Shown piece after piece: positions 1 through 8,686 of a stretch of 26,817 bases of DNA (position 1 is the first letter of the stretch; every line of letters starts with the position of its first letter). The notes under the pieces were generated by a model, which did not search any database, was not told the origin of the DNA, and saw nothing but the letters and a program-made list of their open reading frames with translations. Source of the DNA: a virus (taxonomy: Duplodnaviria > Heunggongvirae > Uroviricota > Caudoviricetes); IMG/VR virus record IMGVR_UViG_2778261176_000016, one strand, 5' to 3'. The position numbers and the translations under genes are program-made.

Positions 1-8
1 AAGAAATT

Positions 9-37
9 GGGCTTCCACCTGGGAAGCCCTTTCTTTT
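9..37 (+). terminator. Intrinsic terminator hairpin (8-bp GC-rich stem GGGCTTCC/GGAAGCCC, 5-nt loop) followed by TTTCTTTT
   Basis: Read directly: perfect 8-bp stem at 9-16 and 22-29, then a T-run at 30-37. Lies downstream of pspG on the other strand, so it may act in both directions. Confidence 0.5.
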
Positions 38-164
38 ATAGTTCGGCTGTATGTAGGGTACAGCTCGATGAATTTGTTTGACGCGCAATAGTGACAGATT
101 TGATTATCAATTCCTATTTTGTTCTAAGGATAAAACCTTAGGTTGTGATCATCCGCACAATCCC

Positions 165-407
165 TTAGTAACGCCAGCGGTCATAACGCTGATATTTCGG
201 CACTTTTGGTGCTTTAATTGCCCTGATCACCCACACCACCGCAACCGCCAACAGCAGCCACGGCAGCAACTTAATCATCAATGCCAGCATACCGCCGAGG
301 AACATAAAGGCCGTCGCCACAATCAGCGCGGCGATAATACCCAGCAACGAAACACCGGTGACCATCAGCATGACAAAAAAGCCAATTACAAAAAGTAGTT
401 CCAGCAT
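165..407 (-). CDS. pspG: Phage shock protein G (small inner-membrane protein)
   Basis: The last 80 codons of ORF 165..617 (MLELLFVIGFFVMLMVTGV...KYQRYDRWRY) match PspG as I remember it. ATG at 407-405 is preceded by a GGGAGAG Shine-Dalgarno; the longer upstream extension of the ORF is not supported. Confidence 0.85.
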   Translation of the reverse strand: MLELLFVIGFFVMLMVTGVSLLGIIAALIVATAFMFLGGMLALMIKLLPWLLLAVAVVWVIRAIKAPKVPKYQRYDRWRY

Positions 408-442
408 GATGCTCTCCCAAATATGAAATCTCTTGCTGGCAT

Positions 443-458
443 TACAAGAATCATGCCA
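443..458 (-). promoter_or_regulatory. Candidate sigma54 (-24/-12) promoter for pspG: TGGCAT-N5-TTGTA
   Basis: Minus strand reads TGGCATGATTCTTGTA about 35 nt upstream of the pspG ATG. Same spacing as the psp-type sigma54 promoters I recall; not verified. Confidence 0.45.
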
Positions 459-540
459 AAAATAATCTGTTGATTTAACAGCAAAACACCCCGCGACGGT
501 GCGCAGGGCGTGGTGAATTTGACTACTTTTTGGTGAAAAG

Positions 541-1578
541 TTAACGCTTATCCGCCACCAGTTTGAGCGCGTGTTCCAGCACATTAATGTCTGCACCCGC
601 TTTATGGGCATTTTCACTTAAATAACGCCGCCACTGCCGCGCGCCAGGAATACCCTGGAACAAGCCCAGCATATGCCGGGTAATATGGCCGAGATACGTA
701 CCCTGGCTGAGTTCACGCTCAATGTACGGATACATGGCGCGCACTACCGCCACCGGATCGGCATCGGTATCCGAGGAACCAAAAATCTCTCGGTCTACCG
801 CCGCCAGAATCCCCGGATTCTGATACGCCTCGCGCCCGACCATCACGCCATCCATATGTTGCAAATGCGCTTTAGCTTCTTCCAGCGACTTGATACCACC
901 GTTAATCGACATCGTCAGATGCGGAAAGTCACGCTTCAGTTGATACACACGCGGATAATCGAGCGGCGGGATCTCACGGTTTTCTTTCGGACTTAACCCA
1001 GAAAGCCAGGCTTTACGTGCGTGGATGATGAACATCTCACACTCACCTTTGCCGGAAACGGTGTTGATGAAATCGCAGAGAAATTCATAGCTGTCCTGAT
1101 CATCGATGCCAATACGCGTTTTCACCGTCACCGGAATCGACACCACATCGCGCATCGCTTTCACGCAGTCGGCAACCAGCTGCGCATTACCCATCAGACA
1201 CGCACCAAACATGCCGTTCTGCACCCGGTCAGACGGGCAGCCGACATTCAGGTTGATCTCATCATATCCGCGCGCTTCTGCCAGCTTCGCACACTGTGCC
1301 AGCGCCGCCGGATCGCTACCCCCGAGTTGCAACGCTACCGGATGTTCTTCTTCACTGTACGCCAGGTAATCACCTTTACCGTGAATAATCGCCCCTGTGG
1401 TCACCATTTCGGTATACAGCAACGTATTGCGGGAAAGCAGACGCAGGAAATAACGGCAATGTCTGTCCGTCCAGTCAAGCATAGGAGCAATGCTAAACCG
1501 AGAATTCCAGTAAACACCAGTTTTTTCAGGCATCACGCTGGTTTGATTAATTTTTTGTGTTTCATGATTATCGTGCAT
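541..1578 (-). CDS. dusA: tRNA-dihydrouridine synthase A
   Basis: 345-aa ORF with the Dus signature ([31 protein letters not shown]) and ATG at 1578-1576. It is divergent from the integrase 88 bp away, the arrangement expected for dusA-targeting elements. Confidence 0.9.
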   Translation of the reverse strand: MHDNHETQKINQTSVMPEKTGVYWNSRFSIAPMLDWTDRHCRYFLRLLSRNTLLYTEMVTTGAIIHGKGDYLAYSEEEHPVALQLGGSDPAALAQCAKLAEARGYDEINLNVGCPSDRVQNGMFGACLMGNAQLVADCVKAMRDVVSIPVTVKTRIGIDDQDSYEFLCDFINTVSGKGECEMFIIHARKAWLSGLSPKENREIPPLDYPRVYQLKRDFPHLTMSINGGIKSLEEAKAHLQHMDGVMVGREAYQNPGILAAVDREIFGSSDTDADPVAVVRAMYPYIERELSQGTYLGHITRHMLGLFQGIPGARQWRRYLSENAHKAGADINVLEHALKLVADKR

Positions 1579-1611
1579 TTTTGAACATTTCAGGCTATTT
1601 TTCTCGCGTTA

Positions 1612-1646
1612 GGTTCCCGCACAGGTTCCCACGTTTTATGGGAACC
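1612..1646. repeat. Three copies of GGTTCCC (two direct at 1612-1618 and 1624-1630, one inverted at 1640-1646) in the dusA-int intergenic region
   Basis: Read directly: aGGTTCCCgcacaGGTTCCCacgttttatGGGAACCc. Candidate recombinase or regulator binding sites. Confidence 0.35.
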
Positions 1647-1666
1647 CGAAATAACGAGGTCGTGTA

Positions 1667-2764
1667 ATGGCGTACTATAACATAGAGAAACGACTAAAAT
1701 CCGATGGCACACCACGCTATCGCTGTAATGTGATTATCAAAGAAAAAGGTGTTATCACTTACAGGGAAAGCAAAACATTCCCTAAACATGCTCATGCCAA
1801 AACATGGGGCACACAGAAAGTGATGGAATTAGATCTATATGGCATTCCATCATCAAATGCAGTTGACGGACTTACAGTCCGTGACTTACTACACAAATAT
1901 TTAAATGACCCAAATGCCGGAGGTAAAGCAGGCCGTACTAAAAGATATGTGCTGGAACTGCTTATGGATAGTGACATCTCCGCGATCAAACTATCTGAAC
2001 TGACAGAAAATGACGTAATTGAACATTGCAGGCTAAGAAACAACGCTGGTGCAGGTCCAGCTACAGTTAGCCACGATGTTAGTTATCTTGGCAGTGTTCT
2101 GGATGCTGCCAAACCTGTATATGGAATTAATTACACATCAAACCCAGCAAAAGCCGCTCGTCCATATCTACTTAAACTTGGTTTAATTGGTAAATCAAAT
2201 CGTCGTAATCGTAGACCGGCATCTGATGAACTGGACATGCTCATTGAAGGTCTTCAACAACGATCTACACATAAATGCTCAAAAATTCCGTTCGTTGATA
2301 TCCTCAAATTTTCTGTGTGGTCATGTATGCGAATCGGTGAAGTATGCCGATTACGATGGGAGGATCTCGATCAGGAACAAAAATCCATACTCGTAAGAGA
2401 TAGGAAAGATCCACGTAAAAAGGAAGGCAACCATATGAAAGTAGCCTTGCTTGGGGAAGCCTGGGATATCGTCCAACGACAACCCAAAAAATCAGAATTC
2501 ATTTTTCCATATAACAGCACTTCTGTTACTGCGGGATTCCAGAGGGTAAGAAGCAAATTAGGTATTAAAGATCTGCGATACCATGATTTGCGTAGAGAAG
2601 GGGCAAGTCGCTTATTTGAGGCTGGTTTTAGTATTGAGGAAGTCGCCCAGGTTACAGGGCATCGTTCATTAAACGTGCTATGGCAGGTATATACCGAACT
2701 GTATCCGAAATCTTTACATAATCGTTTTGAAGAGCTCCAAAGGAGCAGAAATAAGACCTCTTGA
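1667..2764 (+). CDS. int: Tyrosine-type site-specific integrase (dusA-targeting class)
   Basis: 365-aa ORF; C-terminal catalytic region contains R...HDLRR...GH...Y (DLRYHDLRREGASRLFEAG...VTGHRSLNVLWQVYTELYP). GAGG Shine-Dalgarno 8 nt upstream of the ATG. Position next to the dusA 5' end. Confidence 0.9.
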   Translation: MAYYNIEKRLKSDGTPRYRCNVIIKEKGVITYRESKTFPKHAHAKTWGTQKVMELDLYGIPSSNAVDGLTVRDLLHKYLNDPNAGGKAGRTKRYVLELLMDSDISAIKLSELTENDVIEHCRLRNNAGAGPATVSHDVSYLGSVLDAAKPVYGINYTSNPAKAARPYLLKLGLIGKSNRRNRRPASDELDMLIEGLQQRSTHKCSKIPFVDILKFSVWSCMRIGEVCRLRWEDLDQEQKSILVRDRKDPRKKEGNHMKVALLGEAWDIVQRQPKKSEFIFPYNSTSVTAGFQRVRSKLGIKDLRYHDLRREGASRLFEAGFSIEEVAQVTGHRSLNVLWQVYTELYPKSLHNRFEELQRSRNKTS

Positions 2765-2790
2765 CACTGTTTATCCATACAGTTAAAAAT
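2761..2790 (+). promoter_or_regulatory. Sigma70-type promoter for the dinI-like gene (-35 TTGACA at 2761-2766, A/T-rich -10 about 17-18 bp downstream)
   Basis: Consensus TTGACA read directly, overlapping the integrase stop codon; TAAAAAT at 2784-2790 serves as the -10. Confidence 0.5.
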
Positions 2791-2792
2791 AA

Positions 2793-2812
2793 TACTGTAT
2801 ACAAACACAGTA
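2793..2812. promoter_or_regulatory. LexA (SOS) box TACTGTATACAAACACAGTA
   Basis: Perfect CTGT-N8-ACAG palindrome with flanking TA/TA, immediately downstream of the -10 and 14 bp upstream of the dinI-like start. Confidence 0.65.
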
Positions 2813-2825
2813 TAGAGGGACTTTT

Positions 2826-3074
2826 ATGCGTATTGAAATCTGCATAGCCAAAGAAAAAATGACTAAAATGCCAACCGGTGCTGTGGATGCGTTAAAGGAA
2901 GAATTAACCCGACGCATCAGTAAACGTTATGACGATGTAGAGGTGATCGTAAAAGCCACCAGCAACGATGGCCTTTCTGTTACACGCACCGCAGATAAGG
3001 ATTCTGCAAAAACTTTTGTTCAGGAGACTCTGAAAGATACCTGGGAATCTGCTGACGAGTGGTTTGTTCACTAA
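2826..3074 (+). CDS. dinI: DinI-family DNA-damage-inducible protein
   Basis: 82 aa; MRIE.IAK...GA.DAL..EL.RRI...LSV...[14 protein letters not shown] matches the DinI family throughout. AGAGGGA Shine-Dalgarno. Confidence 0.85.
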   Translation: MRIEICIAKEKMTKMPTGAVDALKEELTRRISKRYDDVEVIVKATSNDGLSVTRTADKDSAKTFVQETLKDTWESADEWFVH

Positions 3075-3322
3075 TTAACACGTAAAATCGGTAACGGCTG
3101 GAAATCATTCAATACTCGCACTATCGAAAGTTCGCCAGCCAACCGCAGCGCGTTCTTGCATACGACGTGGCTGCGGTCTCAACTCCGTCCCCCACCAATC
3201 ATGATTGGGCAGTACCAGTACAGCACTAGTAAAAACTGGAAATAAGCAGTCTCAGCAAAATACCGGCCAGACGGTGAGAAGACAAAAAAGATTCGCAAAG
3301 TAGCCGCGGCCCTTAGTGACAT

Positions 3323-3348
3323 GAAATCCCGCTATACGGGCTTTTTTG
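3323..3348 (+). terminator. Weak intrinsic terminator (CCCG-CTATA-CGGG + TTTTTTGT)
   Basis: Read directly: short 4-bp GC stem followed by a T6 run, about 250 nt downstream of the dinI-like gene. Confidence 0.35.
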
Positions 3349-3422
3349 TATCTGCACACGATTGATTATTAGGTCCGTATAGCTAATAGTGGTCTTAACC
3401 TACATATAGAATCAGAGACTTT

Positions 3423-4118
3423 ATGAAAAAGGAAATACTCAAGGCTCTTTGCCCTACATGCGGTGGGTTACGTAACTGCACTGTGCATGGGAAGCTAACC
3501 ACTAGCTGGGAGGATTCCCAATATCCAGTTTATGGGTACCATTACCATCACCTACTCCAATGCAATGGCTGTGATACTGTCTTCTATCACCACAACGAAC
3601 ACTTCAGTGAGCATACTACCCACGAATATCGTGATGGTGAATTTGTAGAAACGCCTATAGATATGATCACTACCTATCCTGCCGCTGAAACATTTCAAGC
3701 TCCGATATGGTTATCCAAGCTTGAATCAGTTGATCGTCAGCTCTTTCAAATATTTAATGAAATGTATTCTTCATATACTTCTGACCATTTCATTCTTTCG
3801 TCCATCGGTTTACGGACGATTTTTGATCGAACTGCTGAACTGTTACAAATTCACCCCGGTTTGCCGCTTGGTGAAAAAGTTGAAAAATTAAAACAAGATG
3901 GAGTCATAGGCGACACTGAGGCATGCGTTATATCTTCAGTAATTGATGCAGGAAACGCCGCCGCACATCGCAGTTGGAGCCCGAATAAAAGTGAGTTCGA
4001 ACAAATGCTAGAAGCTATAGAAAGTTTTGTCCAAAGAACTATCTTGGGCAAAAAATCACTTGAACATATAACCAAACAACTCCCACCTCGGGTTACAAGA
4101 CCTAAAAATAGTGCATAA
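3423..4118 (+). CDS. Hypothetical protein: N-terminal 4-Cys zinc ribbon (CPTCGG...CNGC) and C-terminal helical domain with a GNAAAH motif (possibly DUF4145-like)
   Basis: 231-aa ORF in an AT-rich segment between the SOS module and the tail-fibre end. The only long plus-strand ORF besides int and dinI. No family confidently recognised. Confidence 0.7.
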   Translation: MKKEILKALCPTCGGLRNCTVHGKLTTSWEDSQYPVYGYHYHHLLQCNGCDTVFYHHNEHFSEHTTHEYRDGEFVETPIDMITTYPAAETFQAPIWLSKLESVDRQLFQIFNEMYSSYTSDHFILSSIGLRTIFDRTAELLQIHPGLPLGEKVEKLKQDGVIGDTEACVISSVIDAGNAAAHRSWSPNKSEFEQMLEAIESFVQRTILGKKSLEHITKQLPPRVTRPKNSA

Positions 4119-4144
4119 TCCGCGATCATCAATGTGGCGTAAGG

Positions 4145-4540
4145 TTATGGTTTACTTGCTACAGGGAATTTTTTATACACCGTTGAAATACCCAGATCAT
4201 AAATCAGTGCGACTTGCTGCTGATATATTCCCGATTCAATCAACCTGCCAGCCTGCTCCCATTGTTCTACTGTCAGCTTTGGCTTTCGCACACCGTTCCT
4301 CCCTTCTTGTCGTGCTGCGGCAAAGCCCGCCCTAGTACGTTCGACAATAAGCTCTCGCTCCATTTCAGCCAAGGCACCCATCACATGAAAGAAAAAGCGC
4401 CCCATTGGTGTGCTGGTATCAATTAAATCAGTCAGACTACGAAAGTTGATGCCTCGTTCGCGCAACTCCTCAACCAGAATGACCAGATGCCGCATACTAC
4501 GCCCCAGCCGATCCAGCTTCCAGACAACCAGTGTGTCACC
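4145..4540 (-). pseudogene. N-terminally truncated Gin/Pin/Cin-type serine DNA invertase
   Basis: From GDTLVVWKLDRLGRSM.HL...ELRERGINFRSLTD.IDTS.PMGRFFFHVMGALAEMERELI.ERT.AG..AAR..G..GGR.PKLT...WEQAGRL the ORF matches Gin-type invertases. The first ~55 residues, including the catalytic Ser region (VRVSTxDQ), are absent and replaced by unrelated sequence. Confidence 0.6.
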
Positions 4541-4583
4541 TGCCGATAATGTCACAACTGACTGGCGGGTGGAATTAATGCTT

Positions 4584-4706
4584 GGTGATATCAGCAGTAC
4601 AGATAAAGAAAAACTATCTGCCTGGATAGAATACAAAAAAGAAGTAAAAGCCGTCGACACTTCGACGGCACCTGAGATTAGCTGGCCTGAACTGCCGGAG
4701 GCGTAG
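4584..4706 (+). pseudogene. Remnant of an inverted second tail-fibre-assembly gene (C-terminal ~40 codons only)
   Basis: Plus-strand reading ...GDISSTDKEKLSAWIEYKKEVKAVDTSTAPEISWPELPEA aligns without gaps to the C-terminus of the intact Tfa on the other strand (...GRLKDEELAQYNLWLDYLDALDLVDTSSAPDIEWPTPPAV). The two are convergent with overlapping 3' ends. Confidence 0.45.
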
Positions 4707-5085
4707 GCCATTCAATATCTGGCGCACTGGAGGTATCCACCAGATCCAGTGCGTCCAGGTAATCCAGCCACAAATTATATTGCGCCAGTTCCTCGTCTTT
4801 CAGACGACCAATAGCCGCTTTACCGGGCCACTGCTTGCTGTTAATAAAATCATTTGCAGCACGTATGCGTCCTTCTTTTTCGAGTTCTGCTTCCTGGATT
4901 AACTGTTCTTTAGTTTTCTCAGGTTCGGGAGGGGCTGTGAAATTATTTCCGTCATAGATCCATCCAATATCAACTGCAACACCAGAGATATTAACTGCCT
5001 TAAAATCGGCAAACATATCTCCTGCACCATCCCAAACAACGATATTAACAACAATATTGTTTTTAATTAGTGCGTATCTGTTCAT
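4678..5085 (-). CDS. tfa: Tail fibre assembly protein (Tfa/U-type chaperone)
   Basis: N-terminal IKNNIVVNIVVWDG and C-terminal VDTSSAPDIEWP motifs. Start taken at the ATG at 5085, which overlaps the tail-fibre stop (TAATG). Confidence 0.8.
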   Translation of the reverse strand: MNRYALIKNNIVVNIVVWDGAGDMFADFKAVNISGVAVDIGWIYDGNNFTAPPEPEKTKEQLIQEAELEKEGRIRAANDFINSKQWPGKAAIGRLKDEELAQYNLWLDYLDALDLVDTSSAPDIEWPTPPAVQAS

Positions 5086-6089
5086 TAGCCGTATACCCAC
5101 AAAATCGCCAGACCGTCAGCCCCTGCTCCACCTGACATAGACACCCCGGTAGACCCTGAGCCATAAACAGAGACCGCGCCGCTTCCGCCAGAGCCATTGC
5201 CTCTGGCATTATTTCCCGCCGATGCATTGACTCCCGAACTAATTCCGATTGCCACACCGCCCACTCCGAACTCAGAGTCAGCCCCTTTCCCGCCAAGCGC
5301 ATTTTTATCCGAGAACAGAAATCCAGAGCTTCCACCATACCCGATATGCTGTGCTATCAATTCTGCTCTACCAGGAATGGTGTTATTAGCATTCGGAGAC
5401 GCTGTAGGCCCGCCGGTTGGCAGAACATTAAATGCTGCCCCCTTAGCTCCACCTCTCCCACCAGTAGCAGTAATACCGTCGATAATCGTAGCACCACCGT
5501 CACTTCCATTAGCTCCGGTTGCGGGAGTTGGCACGCCCCCCGCACCACCTGCGCCAATAGTAATATTAATTTTCTGACTGGCATCAACTGTGAATTTTGC
5601 TACCACACGGCTACCTGAATTCCCGCCCTGTCCTGCTGACGCATATCCGGGTTGTACGGTCGTGGAGTTACTGCCACCGCCGCCTCCGCCACCAATCAAA
5701 TCTGCCACAACAAACTTGGCATCTTTCGGCAGTGTAATTTGCCGGGATGTGTCAATCCGGTACACTGCAATGAGTCTTCCTGTTCCATCTCCCAAACCAA
5801 GGTTTTCGAGAGCCGTTTTCACCGTGCCATCCGATTTGATATCGCCAAACGGATTATTGCGGCTTAACAGCAGCGCACGAAGTGCGGTAAGCAGCTGATC
5901 ATGCTGCCCTTTCTCCAGGCTGGCACCGGAGGCCTCCACCACGCTGCAGAGTTCTTCCTGCAACATGTCAAAGTAGTCATCATCCAGATCGGTGGCAGGT
6001 GTGCCGGTCTGGGGGTTACCACGGGTAAAACCGTTCTTACCCGCGCCGAACTTATCCTTCTGCGCGGTTTTCGTGTCTATACGATGCAT
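5085..6089 (-). CDS. Tail fibre protein (glycine-rich)
   Basis: 334 aa; N-terminus [21 protein letters not shown] is typical of tail-fibre and collar proteins. Long Gly/Ser/Ala-rich repeats and the position directly upstream of tfa. Confidence 0.8.
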   Translation of the reverse strand: MHRIDTKTAQKDKFGAGKNGFTRGNPQTGTPATDLDDDYFDMLQEELCSVVEASGASLEKGQHDQLLTALRALLLSRNNPFGDIKSDGTVKTALENLGLGDGTGRLIAVYRIDTSRQITLPKDAKFVVADLIGGGGGGGSNSTTVQPGYASAGQGGNSGSRVVAKFTVDASQKINITIGAGGAGGVPTPATGANGSDGGATIIDGITATGGRGGAKGAAFNVLPTGGPTASPNANNTIPGRAELIAQHIGYGGSSGFLFSDKNALGGKGADSEFGVGGVAIGISSGVNASAGNNARGNGSGGSGAVSVYGSGSTGVSMSGGAGADGLAILWVYG

Positions 6090-6092
6090 GGA

Positions 6093-6677
6093 TTACTCCG
6101 GATATTTAAAAATTACGTAGGTATGCGACGGGCAGAGTTTGTTAAGCACGCACTCGACAACGGTGTCCCCCCAGATACGCAGTGCGGAATCACAGGGATC
6201 GCCACATGTCATCCAGGTGGTGTTGGTGGCGGCTGGCATGTTGACCTGCCAGTAATACCGCCATTCCGGCGCATTCACAGCGTCAGTACAGGCCGATGAG
6301 CAGGTGAACGTGCTTTTGTCGTATCGCGTGATGGCGGCATCTGGTCTGCCCAGGGCAGCAAGCTGTGCAAGATAAAAATCCTCGTTGATGCCACCCGCCA
6401 GGTTAACCTTCGCATCCAGCCGTTGCTGACGCTGGCGAAGGGTCTGTGTCCCTGCGGGAATACATTCATCCGGCAGGCCGCACAGACGCTCCCAGCGATT
6501 TATCAGTTCGGTGGTGGTGCGCGGATCCAGCTCCCGCATCAGGGCATCCGCACGCTGATGAACACGAGTTAATGACGGTGCCGCACCGGCAATCGCCGGA
6601 TCGCTGGCTGACCACGCCGGACCGGGCGGCAGCAGCGCCGACAACAGACGGATGTAATCATCGTTTGTCACGTCCAT
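6093..6677 (-). CDS. Baseplate/tail protein, Mu gp48 / YmfQ-like
   Basis: 194-aa ORF between baseplate J and the tail fibre with tight gene spacing; recognition-level match to the Mu gp48 family. Confidence 0.7.
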   Translation of the reverse strand: MDVTNDDYIRLLSALLPPGPAWSASDPAIAGAAPSLTRVHQRADALMRELDPRTTTELINRWERLCGLPDECIPAGTQTLRQRQQRLDAKVNLAGGINEDFYLAQLAALGRPDAAITRYDKSTFTCSSACTDAVNAPEWRYYWQVNMPAATNTTWMTCGDPCDSALRIWGDTVVECVLNKLCPSHTYVIFKYPE

Positions 6678-7726
6678 GAAATCGTCCCCAGAACTGCCAG
6701 CTCATTTTTTGCAATGGAGATATTGTCCGCTGGTGCAAGCAACTGATGGCTGTATTCCCCGTTCGCACCGGAAATCGCTTCACTGATACGCGACACCTTC
6801 AGTTCTCCCTGCGGATAACCATCACGCAGCAGGAACGAACGCAACTCGGCGGTGATGGCAGCCCGTATTTCGGGTGTGTCCGGCGTCACGCGGATATGAA
6901 AATCCACCGTATGCGCCACCGGCCTGAACACATACAAATCAGAGCCTGCCACCGGAGCCAGTGGCCCGATATGTTGTCTTGCCGCCGTTTCCGTTGATTC
7001 TTCCGGAATGGGATTAATCAGGTCACTGCCGGCAATCATCACACCGACAGTCCCCGTTCCCATCCAGTGACGGTATGTCCATGCGCGGGTAATGCCGGGC
7101 ACTTCTTTAGCCCAGACGACATAGTCCCCGTCAGCCCCGCCCTGCGGCGTCCAGTAATACCGCTCAATGACGCGGGCGCGCCACGTTTCCAGATCTTCAG
7201 TATCGAATCCGCCAGTCAGGGTATCTGCCACACCGGAAGACGGCAGACCATTCACCGGCGTGACCAGGATTAATGCCGTACCGTCGTCAGCGTTACCGAC
7301 CGCGCCTGCAGTTGAGCAGGCGATCGGCACGCGCAGGACTCCACCTGAGCTGGTTGCATCAGAAGTTGCCGTGTACTGAACCAGGTCATCGCGCTGAATA
7401 ACACTCCCGGCGGTCACCTTCAGGCCATCGCTGACACCTTCCCAGCGCATATACCCGCTGGCAGACGTGGCCCCCTTGCGCGGACACCGTTTCATCGCAG
7501 CATGTCGCGCCAGCCAGGACTCATCGCACAGGTCAGGCAGCATGTTCATTGCCAGATAATCGATGTAACCGTAAACCGTATGCAGCGCCGCCGCATACAC
7601 CTTTGCCCGCACGTCTTCATCCATGCGCCGGAGCGTGTCGCTGACGTCCAGCCTGGCGAATAAATCGTTACGGAGCATACTGATATTTTCTGCCAGCGTC
7701 GGGCGCTGAAATTCACTGTTCGCCAT
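6668..7726 (-). CDS. Baseplate J-like protein (Mu gp47-like)
   Basis: 352-aa ORF overlapping both neighbours, in the conserved baseplate position. Confidence 0.8.
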   Translation of the reverse strand: MANSEFQRPTLAENISMLRNDLFARLDVSDTLRRMDEDVRAKVYAAALHTVYGYIDYLAMNMLPDLCDESWLARHAAMKRCPRKGATSASGYMRWEGVSDGLKVTAGSVIQRDDLVQYTATSDATSSGGVLRVPIACSTAGAVGNADDGTALILVTPVNGLPSSGVADTLTGGFDTEDLETWRARVIERYYWTPQGGADGDYVVWAKEVPGITRAWTYRHWMGTGTVGVMIAGSDLINPIPEESTETAARQHIGPLAPVAGSDLYVFRPVAHTVDFHIRVTPDTPEIRAAITAELRSFLLRDGYPQGELKVSRISEAISGANGEYSHQLLAPADNISIAKNELAVLGTISWT

Positions 7727-8141
7727 GCGTTATCGCACTCCACAGATCATCAAAAGAAATCATTACCGGTCCGTCACGACGCCAGAGAGTGATACTGTTA
7801 CCCAGTTCATTAATCCCGGTGCGGCGGATATCCAGATCAATACGGGACACCACGCCGTCATCAATCATCCATTGCAGGCATTCGCGGATATACCCCCTTA
7901 CCGTCTGCACCAGCTGATTGGTCAGTTTGCTGCGTTGAAGCAGCCACAGTCGGGAGCCGTAACGGTCATTCTGTACCGCAGGCCAGGTATCCCCCCACCA
8001 TCCCATCGGGACGTCGGCATTGTCATCAGGCTCCGCCCGCCGCCAGGTAAACAGGGAAATCACCACGGCGCGGGTCAGCGGATCCAGCGGTGCGCTGGCG
8101 CAGGTGCGTTTACCGTTCACCGTCAGCCACACTTCCATCAT
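7713..8141 (-). CDS. Baseplate protein, Mu gp46-like
   Basis: 142-aa ORF overlapping the upstream gene by ATGA; position between the V-like and J-like genes. Confidence 0.75.
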   Translation of the reverse strand: MMEVWLTVNGKRTCASAPLDPLTRAVVISLFTWRRAEPDDNADVPMGWWGDTWPAVQNDRYGSRLWLLQRSKLTNQLVQTVRGYIRECLQWMIDDGVVSRIDLDIRRTGINELGNSITLWRRDGPVMISFDDLWSAITHGEQ

Positions 8142-8686
8142 GCCTCCATCGCTTTATCAGGTTTGTCGGTGTTACTGCCCTGACCGTTCTCTCTGTGACG
8201 ATGCCCGTTATAGGCAAGCCGCATCGCTGACATGGTGGTGCCGCTGGAGTCGCACAGGTCTTTCACCTGTCCGGTCACTTCCAGGTCCATTTCAAAACGT
8301 GCTTTAGGTGAATTGCGAAACGTGATCGTTTTACCTGCACCGTCCACCACGATCCCCTCCCGGGTCAGCGTCACGGACTGCCCCTGATCGTCATAGACCG
8401 CCACCTCACCCGTCTGCAGCCCTTTCAGGCGGTAGCGCCGGTCCGACACCGTAACAACCACCGCATGAGAACGGTCGCCATCCGGAAACAACACCACCGC
8501 TTCCGCACCGCTGTTTGCCCTTGCGGTAAAACCGTAGGGTTCAAGATGTTCAACCCCGGCTTTGGGTTCACCGGCAATCAGGGACACATCCACGGTCTGA
8601 CATTTCGTGGCGGCACTGATGCTTTTCACCACGGCCCGCCCAATCAGGCCGAGGAGTTGTCGCTGCATGGCTTCAATCGCCCTCAT
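8138..8686 (-). CDS. Baseplate assembly protein V / spike (Mu gp45-like)
   Basis: 182-aa ORF in the conserved position downstream of the hub gene. Confidence 0.75.
   Translation of the reverse strand: MRAIEAMQRQLLGLIGRAVVKSISAATKCQTVDVSLIAGEPKAGVEHLEPYGFTARANSGAEAVVLFPDGDRSHAVVVTVSDRRYRLKGLQTGEVAVYDDQGQSVTLTREGIVVDGAGKTITFRNSPKARFEMDLEVTGQVKDLCDSSGTTMSAMRLAYNGHRHRENGQGSNTDKPDKAMEA

Noticed and set aside
78-398. 106-aa plus-strand ORF
   Set aside because: It is antisense to pspG, His/Gln/Arg-rich and of low complexity, with no ribosome-binding site. It is a frame artefact of the pspG region.
3075-3330. Possible 47-codon hydrophobic minus-strand ORF (MSLRAAATLRIFFVFSPSGRYFAETAYFQFLLVLYWYCPIMIGGGRS) as a type I toxin
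   Set aside because: No Shine-Dalgarno and no recognisable partner antisense RNA or promoter; it cannot be told apart from chance. The region is reported only as a non-coding spacer.
4541-4711. Apparent invertase N-terminus LISGAVEVST resembling the catalytic MLIGYVRVST motif
   Set aside because: The similarity comes from reading the near-palindromic GTCGACACTTCGACG (the Tfa VDTST codons) on the opposite strand. The catalytic Arg is replaced by Glu, the spacing to the GDTLVV motif is too short and no other N-terminal invertase motifs are present. The Tfa reading is the real one and the invertase is truncated.
5660-5700. Gly-codon-rich tract in the tail-fibre gene as a possible phase-variable slipped-strand site
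   Set aside because: The tract is a mix of GGT, GGC and GGA codons rather than a homopolymer or a perfect short tandem repeat, so slippage is unlikely. It simply encodes a poly-Gly linker.
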